A stretch of DNA of 64,000 bases. Origin: Ptychomitrium polyphyllum (Eukaryota). The notes under the pieces were generated by a model that saw only the letters and a program-made list of their open reading frames with translations, made no database searches and had not been told where the DNA came from. A program made the translations under genes and the position numbers. This document shows, in pieces, positions 26,701 to 39,900 of this stretch. The stretch lies in NCBI GenBank assembly GCA_973851085.1, contig OZ316775.1:21576001-21640000 (forward strand), given 5' to 3'. Within the stretch, counting starts at the first letter, position 1; each line of letters starts with the position of its first letter.

Positions 26701-27906
26701 AATTCATAGAATTTAATATTAAATTTTTTTTATTGGAAATTGAAAGTTCAAGTATGCTTTATTTCCAACCTTAAAATCTACAAAACAAAATATACAAGAT
26801 GATTTCAAAAAGGCTTGTAAATATGCACAATTCTTAGGATAAATTTTATGAGCATGTTTATCTTAACATATAAAGAATAGAATCCATACAATTCAATTTT
26901 TTTTTTTTTTTAAAATCACTTTGAATCTATTTTTAAATAAATTAAGTTTTTGTCTAAAAATGATGTTTTCATAAAGTACAAAATCCACACATTTAAGACA
27001 TAATTTGATTAAAAAATTTGCTTGGATTTGAGCAAACCAGCATGAAGTTGTAATTCTAGATTGATTTGTACTTTAATTTCCAAAATCCTTGACCTAAAAT
27101 CATAACTTCAAGCTCTATGTTTGACATTGAATTTTATCATTGCAAACCGGATAAATTCCAACTTTATAAAAGTAGGTTGTATTTAATACAAGTTAGAATT
27201 TTATTGTTGATTTCTATAAATTTTTGAAATTACGATGATTTTTAAATATGTCTAGAAAACATCATCATATCAAATATACAATATATTATTGGATTTCTGT
27301 ATTTTATTATAAGAGCAAGTTATAATTTAAAAATATTAAAATTATCCTTTTTCTTTAATTATTTAAAATTATCACTCAATTGAAATAAGTATGCAATTTG
27401 TAAATGTAGTAAATTTTATTTGTTTTAAAAATTATCCCAAAATGCAACAAAACTTTAAATTTATAGATTTTATTTTTGTGCAAGTGAATAAGGAATTCTT
27501 CTCATGGTTCAAATTGAGTTTTCACAAAAGGACAAAAAATTCTAGAGCACAATATGTGATGAATTGTTTTTATATTTTAAGAATATTTGGAACATTATAC
27601 AAAATCTAAAAAACACCTCAATTATTCTGAATCTAATGTGAAGGGATGACATCTTACCACCAATGACCAATGATAAGAACAAACAAGTAAAAAACATTGA
27701 TATTCTTGTTATAGCATAATTGCCGAAGTTGCCCTAGAAGTAAAAAACTTACTCAAAGCAATCTAATTTTTTCTCCCAATGTTTTGTTGGAGGGAAAAAA
27801 AAAGCATCAGCAATGACAAAAAATAATTACAAGGTTATAAAAGCTAATACATTTATATATCTTTAAAATAAACTTCAAAAACCACACTAAAAATCAGCAC
27901 TGGAGG

Positions 27907-27973
27907 ACTAAACTCTTCTTAAAATACATTTATCTATACTAAACTCTTCTTATAGATAAATGTATTTTAAGAA
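27907..27973. repeat. Perfect 23-bp inverted repeat overlapping a 15-bp direct repeat
   Basis: ttcttaaaatacatttatctata (27916-27938) is the exact reverse complement of 27951-27973. actaaactcttctta occurs at 27907-27921 and 27938-27952. Confidence 0.9.
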
Positions 27974-30900
27974 TTGAAGGAAAATGGATGTAAATCAATA
28001 ATCCTTCCAAGTTCTAAATGAACAAGATGAAATTTCCACATTATAAAAGCAATGGAAATATGTGGATGAACCAAAACTTCAATCCAAAATATAGATGAAT
28101 ATGATAATATTTGGTGAGGAAGGTTTTGCGCTCATTTGCACACACATACGGAGGTGTCATTATAGATAAAAACCAACATTATTGCTTTGGATGTTGGAGA
28201 ATGAAATCATGATGAAAAAATGTTTGGATCAGCGGAAAGAAGTTTTCCCAATATGGCACTACTAAAAACAGCTCAAATGACTGGAGTTGGTGGTTATGCA
28301 CGCCTTATGGCACAGTCAACCATTCTATGTGCAGCCCAGCCCAAGCCTTATGTAGACTGAAAGAATAATGGATTGAAGCACGGTGCCCAAGGACACTTGA
28401 TGGGAAGTGGAAAGTGAGCTGGATCTGGCTGTAGTAACAGCTGTAATATGAGAGACAATGCCGGCTTATGAGCATCATAGGCATATGATGGATTACCTTA
28501 TATGATCTTAAGTTAGGGTAGGGAGGCTGATCCACCTGCTGTGGCAGAACCAATGAGCGCAGTGGGCACAGTGGGCATGGCATGCCATCATATCTCATGA
28601 TCGGCTCTACAATTGGCCCCTGCAGCACCTCTTCTCCACATATTACACCTCACAGTAACTTGCTGAAACGTAACTCTTCCCTCCTTGGAAGCAACAGGGC
28701 TGTTGCAGGCTGCGATGCGAGGCTTCACTTTTGGGTTTGGAGGTAAGCCAGCCTATTACCAGCACAACACACTTAGAATTCGGGTAGGTTCCAGTTATTC
28801 AATCTCCATATACATATCTTTTAAGTGAAACTGTTTAAGGTTTGGGAAAAACCAGGAGTGAAATCATAATATATAATATGATCTGATTGTGGGTTTTTCC
28901 AAAGGGTGATGCTCCAAACATTCTATGATTGCCAAAATCTGGAGGCCATGCTCACCATGGAGATTAGTTCTTGATTGTCATCTTATGTTTGTACAACCCA
29001 CTCAATCTTACTTGAAACACCACTATATTTTAAGTCTATTATCATTGCAATTCTTATTCAAAACAAGTGAATTTCACATTCCCTTTACCATTAGTACTAA
29101 ATAAACTACTATATGTCAAGCTTATTACAATCCAAAAGTTCCAATTTCTCACACACTATATTTTCAAGGTTTTCAATTTATGTATGGTGGTAATGGAATA
29201 GTTTCATAGAAGGCGCATGTGGAAATATGGCGGCCAAACATCTATTTACTTTGATTGTAATTCTTTGTAAATGCGAATTTGTAGCCTTTCTTTGAAACAA
29301 TTTTGTATCCATTTGCCTACTCTTCCATTTTAAGGATTCATCCTTAAACGCCTTAAATAACCATATTATGGTTAATTTCATTCTTTGATCATACATGATT
29401 ACTATTTATGTATTTATTTTTCATTTGATTTTTTTTGTTGGACAGTGGTGATGAAATTATCAAATGGCACTAAAAATTTAATAATAGTATGTCTCTGTGG
29501 TTTTTCATGGCTCATGAAAGCGAGAAACATCAATATTATATAACATATCTAAAAATCCAAAATTCACAATGCATAATATTTTTGATTATGAAAATCATTA
29601 TTTTTTATTTAAATTCAAATGCTAAAATATAGCTCACAAGTCCAATTTTCACTTTAATTGAATGATTCATTGTACTTACAAGTTGAAGAAATGTTGTTGT
29701 GGTTCCTACATTTTATTTTTCATAAAGTTGTAGATTCTTTTGTAGTAATTCAAAATTAATACAATGTTTTTTTGATTGATAAAAGAAATTAATTTTTAAT
29801 TGTAGTATGAATCTATGGAAGTTTTTTTTAAATATTATAAGTATATTTTGTAGGTTACTTGAACTTTGTTTTTTTTTGGTTATTTTTTCCCTAAAAATCA
29901 CAAAAGAGTCATGTACTAATTAACAACTTTGAATAATCATAGTACATAAATAACAAATGGAATTTTGAGAAATTTTTTTAATCAAAAACTGGAACAACTG
30001 ATTACAATTGTAATTTAAAATGCCCCTTCTTGACAACTTATGGTGGAACAAATCTATTATCATATATTGAAGAATCTTCCATTTAAATATTGTGTAATTC
30101 TTCAACAATTTTTAATGATAGAAAATAAGGTTTTAAACCTAATGCAATTGAACTTGAATGTTTTAGACAAATTCTTCATTTAATTATGAATTTATCAAAA
30201 GCGTTTTTACAAAGAGAAAATAAACTAATAAATCAATGTAGTAATTATCAAAAAAATAACTTGTAATTACTAATTAATGAATGCACAATCACCCAAATTT
30301 CATTCTATAACTACTATGCACCAAGTTTATATCCATTATGCACATGGTGGTTTTTGAACCATAGTTTTATGTTATCCATAGAATGCTGATAATTCAAACT
30401 CGCTTCAACCAAGGAACTAGCATGAAGTGGGGTTGTGGACTAGATAGCAGGTGAATTATAACTCTATTTTAGCCCACCAATCAAAAACATTGGCTTACTG
30501 CCCTGTAACATAATTTGGCATTATAGATGAGTTTGGAAGAGTAAGTGTGGTAAGATATATAACCTGCTTATTGTGTCATGATACAAAAATGCTTTTGAAT
30601 ATTCTATTTTTTTCAAGTTTCAAAATTTTCCAAATAGTTTGTAAACTGATTATAATATCCATTTCAAACGATCTTCTCATGAAATGTCCATCATCTACAC
30701 CAAGAATGTCAAATTTTCACATGTCAGCAGATTCCTAGTTTTCTTGATAATAAAAATGGATAACTTACGCTATTTGCCATACAATATTATTGCCATATAA
30801 TATTATTAAACTTAAACAAGGTAGCCGTTGAGGTTAGAGGGAAAATATTCCATAAATTCAAAAAAAATCAAAATTACTTACACATTTAAAACGTTTTTAA

Positions 30901-33900
30901 TTCTAGAAGGACTTTTGTTGTGAAATGGACTAGTTAGAATTCGGGTAGCCTCTTACAATGTCAATTGTAGTTGTTATTTTTGAGATTTTTTGCGGCTATG
31001 CACAAATATATACCCTTTCTGGGGATAAAATTTATAATTTTTATAATTTTTGATTTTTTCCACACCGGACCTAAAAACACAAGGGCAAGTTGCAAATCTT
31101 GCTGCCTTCGTATGAAACTGACTACCTCAATTGTATGTCCCACTTCTCCAGTTCAAAATTGAAACCAGATGATGTTGATAAATGTGGAATTAAAAAGCAT
31201 GGGAGATTCTACAATTAGAAGTAATTCAATTTTGCATTACCTATTCAAGCACACAGTCTAACCTCAGCTTTTTGGGTCCAATTACTACACAATAATGAAA
31301 CTCTAAAATCAACACTCTCACCTGTTGCAGATGCAAGTAGAAATTCCAACATACTTGTGAATGTGAGGTGTGAACTTAATCATTGAGAACTGTGAGTGGT
31401 CTTCAACTAAATCAAAGGAAAAAGATTTTAGCCTCAAATCATTGATTGCACTTGCATGGAATTGATTCATTTTCTACTGCTCAAATTCAATTGCCTTGAC
31501 AATGTTAAGAAACAAAATTGTAGTTGAACACAAGCATAATTCTTAGTGATATGCTGTGTTGCTTGTGATTTTGACATGTAGCAATTGATAGTAAACCTTT
31601 ATGGCTTAGCTTGAGGTTGCTGGAGTTGAAAGCTTCTAGATGCAAAAACTTATTACCACCTCTACCTCCACCTGAAGGGTGCCCTGCAAACCACCTCTCA
31701 TTGCCATGAATGTGTGCATTGTATTGATTACATAAACACATAGATATTTGTATTGTATTTAGCATGCTGTAAATGGTAGACAAAAGGCCACGTTTATCTC
31801 GCAGGAATGGGTACTGCTCTGAGCAATGAGAAGCTTCATTACCCTGTGGCAACGCCTCCATATCTGTACATATCATGTACCAAATAGGTGCTCAATTACT
31901 TCACTCCAATAATTTGCAAAGTCACATGTTCATGGGGTGCTCAAGACCATAACATTCAGCTTCACCCGTAAGGTAACTGAACATGGCTACTACTTACAAA
32001 AAATGATATTCCAATTTTTCAATGTTTTAGATTACAATTTTGGATGTCTCATTTGGTCACCATATGCAAAGTGAACCTGCTATGTGACTACAATAAGCAA
32101 AGACGACTTTGCAGTAATCAACCCCAAAGATGTGCTCATGCATTCCTAGTAGTACAAAAATCATTGTATCACACTGGAGAACAAGCTCACCCCACCTTGT
32201 CAGACACAAATTGGTGGTCCTGTATCCTGCTGTGCCAACTTCCCAGCTGGGGCTGATTGATCAATTGGTATAATATCATGCTCCTCAGAAAATTCGATAA
32301 ACATCCAGCCAGAGTACTGGGGAAGTAGGGTGGCATGTTGTGTTCTGCCATGGATAGTGTCATGCACTGACTGTCATTTGCCAATTCAGAAGATCCCAAG
32401 GAATCTTCAGGACCTTGGTTATCATAAGAAATTGATCACTCACCACACTTCTCCTGCCTAACTACCCTGCCAGATATAGTATTATAGACCCTCCTGGAGT
32501 CCTGAGCTCTTTCAATTTCAATATCATTATTTGTCAAATCTTGTGGATTTCAAGTTCATCATTGATGATGAGCTGTGACTTAGTCTTGAATATCAGAACC
32601 TGCACTGTGAAGTTGTCAGATTCTAGATACGAAGGAGATTCTAAACAACTGGTATTGCAAATTAACAACAAAGCTGTAATTCTAAATTTTAATCAACCCT
32701 TAAAACGGATTATATGGCCGTTGGGCTTGGTTTCTTTCAACTCTCAACCAATTTGAACATGAATTGCTAATGAATGTTAGAACTCAAAAACGACCCAATT
32801 TTTATAATTTGGAACTTTTATAATTTCTATAATTTTTTGGAGCCACTACTTACAAAATCCGAAACCACTGTAACCTTTTAGTTGCAAAAGAGCAAGTAGG
32901 TGGTGATTTGTGATATCATTGTGAATAAAATTAGTATTACATACTTTGGATATTGAAGAACCTGCATGATAATGTTGGATCAAGGAGTAGTTTTTATTTT
33001 TTAATAATTGCATACTATTGTGTAAAATAACTTGAATTGCTTAAGTTAGTATTAATAAGACAATCCACCTTATAAGCATCATAAAGTCAATTATGTAAAA
33101 TGAATTGAATATAACATTTTCAACAACATTTCTTTTTTAGGTATCTAATCCTTAAATAGCACACAAAAATACAAGCTAGTTTCAACCTTTAAGATAGATT
33201 GGATGAAAATTCAAAATTCTTCATTGGTTATAAATTTTTTTTGGATGTTTCCACTTTAACATACTAGCAAAAGCGCCACAAATAAGTTAAAATTTTTACT
33301 TTGAAAAAAAAATATTATATTTCAATAGTTCTACTGACCACTGTTTTGAAGGAATATTTTCATTACATAGAAATATAATTCTATTGTCAAGACCTTGTTT
33401 TATTTGAAGATAAAAGAAGTTGTGTACCAAATTGCCAAACTAATCTCATGCATTCAATGCCACATGCCTTTACTTGCATTTCATATTCATTGTCATTTCT
33501 CACTTTTAGAAGTGTAATTGAATTACTTCGATCATTAAAAAATGTCATGATCTAGTTGATTGGCTAGTGGTCTAAGTTTTCTTTAGTTTCCAAAAGGTTT
33601 TGCAACTTACTTTGTTGAATGGATTGGTTTTTAAAGTGAGAAATGGACAATAAATGATTATGAGGGCATGTGGTAGTGAATGCAAGAACACAAGAATTTA
33701 GTTGAATGACTAGGCATACAAACTCCTTCAATATTGATAAAAAAACATTTCTCAAAAAGAAATTGAAAGTTTGAAAGATAAAATGATTCCTTAGAAAGAG
33801 GGTTTGGATGGGACACTGAAGAATGTCATGTGCGTTCAATTCTAGTCTACATTTGAGCATGCTTTAAAACAATTTAGGCGTTAAACGACTCCCTACTTTG

Positions 33901-36900
33901 ACTCATTGGTTGGTGTAAAGGAGCTTCACCAGCCATGGCTTACAAAGCAGGGTAGTCCGTCAGGCCAGAAGGAGAAGATTTGCGTTGGATGGGGTGTAGA
34001 ACATCTGAATCCAGGAGACTCCTCGATTTAAATCCCATTGAAGCATGGGGCCTGGTCCTTCGGTTTCTTCAATGCAGTGCAGGCAATGGCTGTGCAATCC
34101 ATAGTTCACTGTAGTCTTCAATGATATACCATCAAAGTTTGACTCAAAAATTCCTAAGTTGCATGTTGACTGACTTCACAAAGGGTGAGCAAACTTTAAT
34201 GGGAACCATCCATTTAGGAATCTCACATAGACAAATGATTCCCAAGAGAATTTGAACTTTTCAAATTAAATGCATCAAAAGGTGAGTCACATGTATTTGT
34301 TTACTATCAGTTTTATGTTAACCAAACATTCTTTTAGAGCTTAGAGATTGGTAGTGACATCATATTGGAAAAGGGTAACAAACCAAGAAAGGCCACTTAC
34401 ACTTTGGGTGTGGATGGAAGGCTTCATTCAAGCTTTTACATAATATGCTCAATTATCATCATATCTCGTTAAAGTAACTAAGGTTGAAGTAAAATAATAA
34501 TGAAAAGATAAAACTTTACTATTCTTGAAACATGGTCCAATCATAATACATTATGTCTGCCTAATGCAACCCAAGTTTGCCAATTTTAAAAGGTATTTCT
34601 CATTTTTGAATTAAGGTTATCATCAACCATTCTTTGCAAAAGAGTCCTAAAAAGCTAGCACGTGGCCATTTTAATGATGCAAGTACATGTATATTAGTGA
34701 AGAATGAATATAATTCATTAAAAAATAAGACAGCCATCATATCTTTGATGTGCTAGTATTTAATGCAAATTTCTATACATAGTTTCTATAAGTGCTAAAT
34801 AGACTTGTGTCAGTCTTGAGTATGGTGCTAATTTTTGGTATATAGTCCTAAAATTGATATGTGCGGACAAATATGACAAGATTATAGGATTTCTTTTACA
34901 AAAATCTACAAAGAAAAGGAATCACTTTGTTTTCAGAGAAGATTCACTATATAGTTACAAGCATAAATAATAATATTTGCAAGGTTTAAGAATATAACAA
35001 ATCTATTGTATTAAAATAATTATATTAGTGTGATTCCAAATGTATGAAAATATTTGGAATTAGAGTTGTATTTTGTGAAATATGGGCAATAAAAGTTGCC
35101 AAAATTATGTAGCTTTGAAAATTCAATGAATGTATCTATCAAAATACAACTTCTATAATAAAACTATATATATAATCCATTCAAAAAAAGATCCAAAGCA
35201 CCCAATGAAAAAAAAAACCAAACTACCAAGTGATTTTCATATTTTTTCTATTCTAATTATATCTTAACAATGGCTTTTAAAAAAACTCATTATATTTGGA
35301 ACTTTGATATTTAGTCCAACCTTATTTTTGAGGTAGCTTGAACTAATATTCCAAGGGATTTTAAGAACTATGAGTACTTTTGCAGCCATGTTGAAAAAAT
35401 ATATATTTTTCCTAATTTTTCTTTCATATGACATTTGATTTGAACAACCTTATATGATGTCAAATTTAAAGATTTATACATTTAAGCCATTGTGACTAGT
35501 TAAGTAAAGTCTTTTGTTCTTGCCTTATACATTCAAGAAATCTTTTTTTTCATAATCAATAAATTCAAATGAAACAAATTTTTTACATGACCAAAAATGA
35601 TACATTTACTTTAAAATGCAAGGCTATAGTGTAGTAATTTACAATTTTATTTGTATGCAATGAAAAATACAATTGTGCACAATATGTAACATTAAATTTA
35701 TAGGTGTCATATAGATGTGATATTATGCAAAGGGTTTGCTTTTTTTCTTAAAGAATTGATTTTGAAGGACAAACGCAAGTAAGATAAATAAATTTAGCCT
35801 AAAATGTGGACATTGGATAAAGAATTGGTTGTTAAAATATAAAAGAAGACAATTTTTAGCACCTTGATAGTGGTTTCTTAATACCTTGCACAAAAAAGAA
35901 AGATGGTGTTCAAAGTTACTAAGCTATTAGCCTATTACCACTCAAAAATATGCCCTTTGGTATTACACACTTATCTTAAAATTACCTTTTAAAATATTAA
36001 AAACCATCAAAACTTAAATTTTAAGATTCATCTTTTTCAACATATACAATTTAATATAGATTTGAAAGTCAATAAAAATCCTATTATTACTTCTAACAAA
36101 TTTTACACCAATTTAAAAAAAGGCTTTGTAAAATTAATACCACTAAAATTGGAATTTTATACATGTTTTTTTACAATGTTTATATATGGCTTTTAACTTT
36201 AAAAAAAAATTAATTCATATACATATTTAAAAATTAATTTTGCAAAGTTTTGTTATAAAAGCAATTAGAGCAAAAAAATTGTATTTAAAGAATGAATAAA
36301 GACATTCTTTTTAAAAGCACTCTTGAATTAAGATCATACAATCTTTTGCCAAATTACTTCAACATAATATGAGCTATAAAATACCTTAACTTATTAGATT
36401 TCAAAAATATATATCTTTTTTTCTTCATTACAAAATTGATTGAAAAATCAAACATTAGTAGTATAATACATTCATCATTATTTTTTTGAAAAGTTTTGTA
36501 AATCAAAAGGTAGTAGTAATATTTTAATCATCTTTTTTGGACAATGTTTATTGAAATTTATCAAAAAATTTAATTTAGAGATCAATAAACATGTTATAAA
36601 AATTACAATAAAAAAAATAAAGTATTAGTTTCTCAAAATATGATAAAAGCAATACCACTTTAATCTGTAAGGTGTAAAGTTATTATTAATACAACACTGC
36701 AAAAGCATCTCTTACAAATTACAATCAAAGAGCAAAAAACCAATTTTTAAAACATGGTAGAGGTAGCACCACTATAATTTTGAATACATGTTCTTAATTC
36801 CAATTTAGTAATGCAAATGCATCTCTTATACATGTAGTAACAATTATAACATTGATTTATTTAGAAAATGGTGAAATGCCAACATCATCTTTAAGATACA

Positions 36901-39900
36901 TTTTCTTTAATGAAAATGTAAATGTAGTAATGTGCTAATATTCTCAATAAATAAATCTTTAATAGGATTTAAAAAGTTCTATATGGAGGATAGAAGTTTT
37001 TTTTCAAATAAATTGATGTGCATAAATTACATTCTTTAGCCAAATTATCTAGCACCACTACTAAACTCTTATATTAAAATGCAAAAAGTATTTTTAATTT
37101 CTTTTATATCATACATTGTCTCCTTGGATATTCTACTTAGATATGTTGTTCTTCTACATTATTAGTTCCTTTATATATGGTAATATTGCCCTATTATATT
37201 GGAGGAAATAAAAGCACTAAAAATAAATGGAAGAAACCATATAATTTATTGCAACTATTTTAAAAAAGTATGTTCAAAATTTTAAAATACAAGCATTTGC
37301 AAATTTTAAGTGAGCAAAAAATTGCAAGTTTTCATGAAAGCTTTCCATGTGGATAAAATTTAGTCTTTTAGCCTTTTTTTTTATTGTAGTATATTCTTAA
37401 GCCTTTTGGCACCTTTATCATAAACTTTAGATGCATATTTTAAATTAAATTAAATTGACTATTTTCCAAAATTTCATACTAAATAGGAATTATTCTTTAT
37501 TAAATAATTTTTACTACTTTGATTTTCATTGTGTAAGATTTAGAAGATGTTTCCATTCCACCATGTCAAAATGTAAATCTTCAAAACATCATATTTATCA
37601 TTTATAAGCATTCTTTTAGGCCTTTCTTCTTTCTCAATGTCTATCATTAACATGATTTCTATGTGGTTCTCTTAGAAATTTATAGAACTTTTTGTGCAAT
37701 TTAACTTTGTGAAAATAATTCACAACTTTCATGGCCATTTTTAAAGCTTTAGTATTCCAAATATTAGCTTTAATCACCATTTTACAAGTCTTATTATGCT
37801 TTTGTTTTCCAACTCTAAGTGCATTTCATAGATTTATAACAATTATGCTCATGCATCTTATACTTGTGAATAATTGAATATGCTCTTTATCTATGGTTAT
37901 AATTATTAACAATTGTATTGCTTTAATTAAAGAAAACAACTATTTCTCTTGCCAAAGATTCACCTTCTTTAAATTCATTTGTCACCAAATATTTTCCCAT
38001 TACCATTTTAATTCATTGACATATTTTTGTTTTTCCTTAATCTACATTCGTTCTTTTTGAAATCATTCTCACTACTTAAAGTTACAACATCCACCTTTCT
38101 TTTTGGCACATGATGTTTCCAATAATACAATGCTAAGTTATTGTGATATCCAAATTTGTAAAAATATTGCTTACTTTCCACACCTACAAAATTACAATCT
38201 CACGCTCAATATTCTCTTCTTAAATTAAGGTGTGGTGACTATCAAACTTTGCTATCCTTCACAAACATGAGCACTTTAAGTTCGGATTTGGAATGAAGTT
38301 GGTAAATCATCTTAGTCAATGTTATTAATTACCATCTTATTGAATGAATTAGTATCATAACAAGTCCCAATTATCAGCAATATACATTTTGATCACAACC
38401 TATTATAACCCCATTACCACTACTCAATCATCCATTTTGCACCCAATTTTGATTATGGTGGTTTCTAAGCATGTGGCTGGCACTTACTGGACTTTTCACA
38501 GCTGGCCGTTATGGGCCTGTTCACCTTAATCCTTTACAGCCCATAACAGTTTTCTTGAGGTACTTGCAGTTGACATGCATTATGTGTTGCTTGGTATCTG
38601 AAATTAGAATCTCGCAACGAAATCTGAATCTAAAAATAACAACCTGTCTAATAACTTGCAGGAAACTGAACCTCTACAGTTCCACCCTCTCACTGCTTGA
38701 ATCAACGTAGCTTACACATTTTTCTTTTCCCCCAAAATGTGAAGCCTGGACGCAAATCTATGCAACACAATCTTCCAGTGACCTCTACTGCTACCCAGGA
38801 TGATTTTTCTTGACTTTATATGGAATTTCAAAGGCAACAGACACTCAATGTGTACATAACTCTCTGAAACTGAATATACAACATGCTATGCACCAGACAT
38901 TGGACATTGAAGATCAGACACTGAATTGTGGTTAGAATCAAGGATGCAAATAAATAAAGTTTTCAAGTTCAAACTTCAAAAAAATGTAAGGAATGTCTGA
39001 AAGTACAAAAATTGGTACACTTCTCTACTGTGAGCTAAGATGTCCTTCAACCTACTTCCTTACACACAAAAATAGAACAAGTGTCATCTCTTTCAAACCT
39101 TGAGTGAGCATGACCCAGAGAATGGTGCTGAGAGTGATCAAATATTGCAGAGTGCAGCCTATTCTCAGTGATATATTATGAGATATCATATGGTTTTCCC
39201 TTGCATGTGTACCAATCTTTTTATACAGTAAAACCTATGTGATAGTATATGGACAACCTAGACAGGTCCAATCAACGAACTTGTTTGCAACAGAACCATA
39301 TCAAGAATCTCTACTACCATTCCATTCTGTCCAAGGTCTGAATCAAAATGGATTTTGAGTTACTTTGCTAGTTACTGAGGTAGTGACCACTTCCAGGCCT
39401 TGTGGGCTGTAGAGGGTTGAGAAGTCTTTCACAGCCTTAGCATAAATTCCAAAAAGAAACAGTGTAATCAATATCCTACAGTAACCTAAAAATGTTTCAG
39501 AATCCTGAAATTAGCTTTAAAAAAAAAGTACATTGAAGGCTATTTGATATAGTTGATATGAAAAGAGAAGTTTTAAAATCCAAAATTATTTCAATGCCCT
39601 TTAAAATTAGAAATGGAAATAAGATGGAAACATCTTAGGGAGGAGTTATTGGAAAGAGGTTTGAAGTGTATCCAAAACACTAGTCAATAATGGAAGAAAA
39701 AATAATTATTGCAACAATTCTTGATTTAAATGGCCATTGCATCATTTTATCAATTAGCAAGCTAAAAACTTGTTTGAATGTGGCTTTGAAGACATGAAAG
39801 GGAAATAGTATAAAGGAATACACAACAATATCAAACCTTTGGTCAACTATGTTATTATAATTTTAATGGCTACTTTTGAAATATTTGTAAAAAGAATATA

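Noticed and set aside
33990..34075. B-box-like gatttaaatccc followed by a small hairpin (tRNA or SINE relic?)
   Set aside because: No cloverleaf, A box or tail; too degenerate to call.
39393..39440. Short hairpin ggctgtagaggg...tttcacagcc reminiscent of moss miR533
   Set aside because: Only about 11 nt resemble the miRNA as I recall it, and the stem is too short for a precursor.
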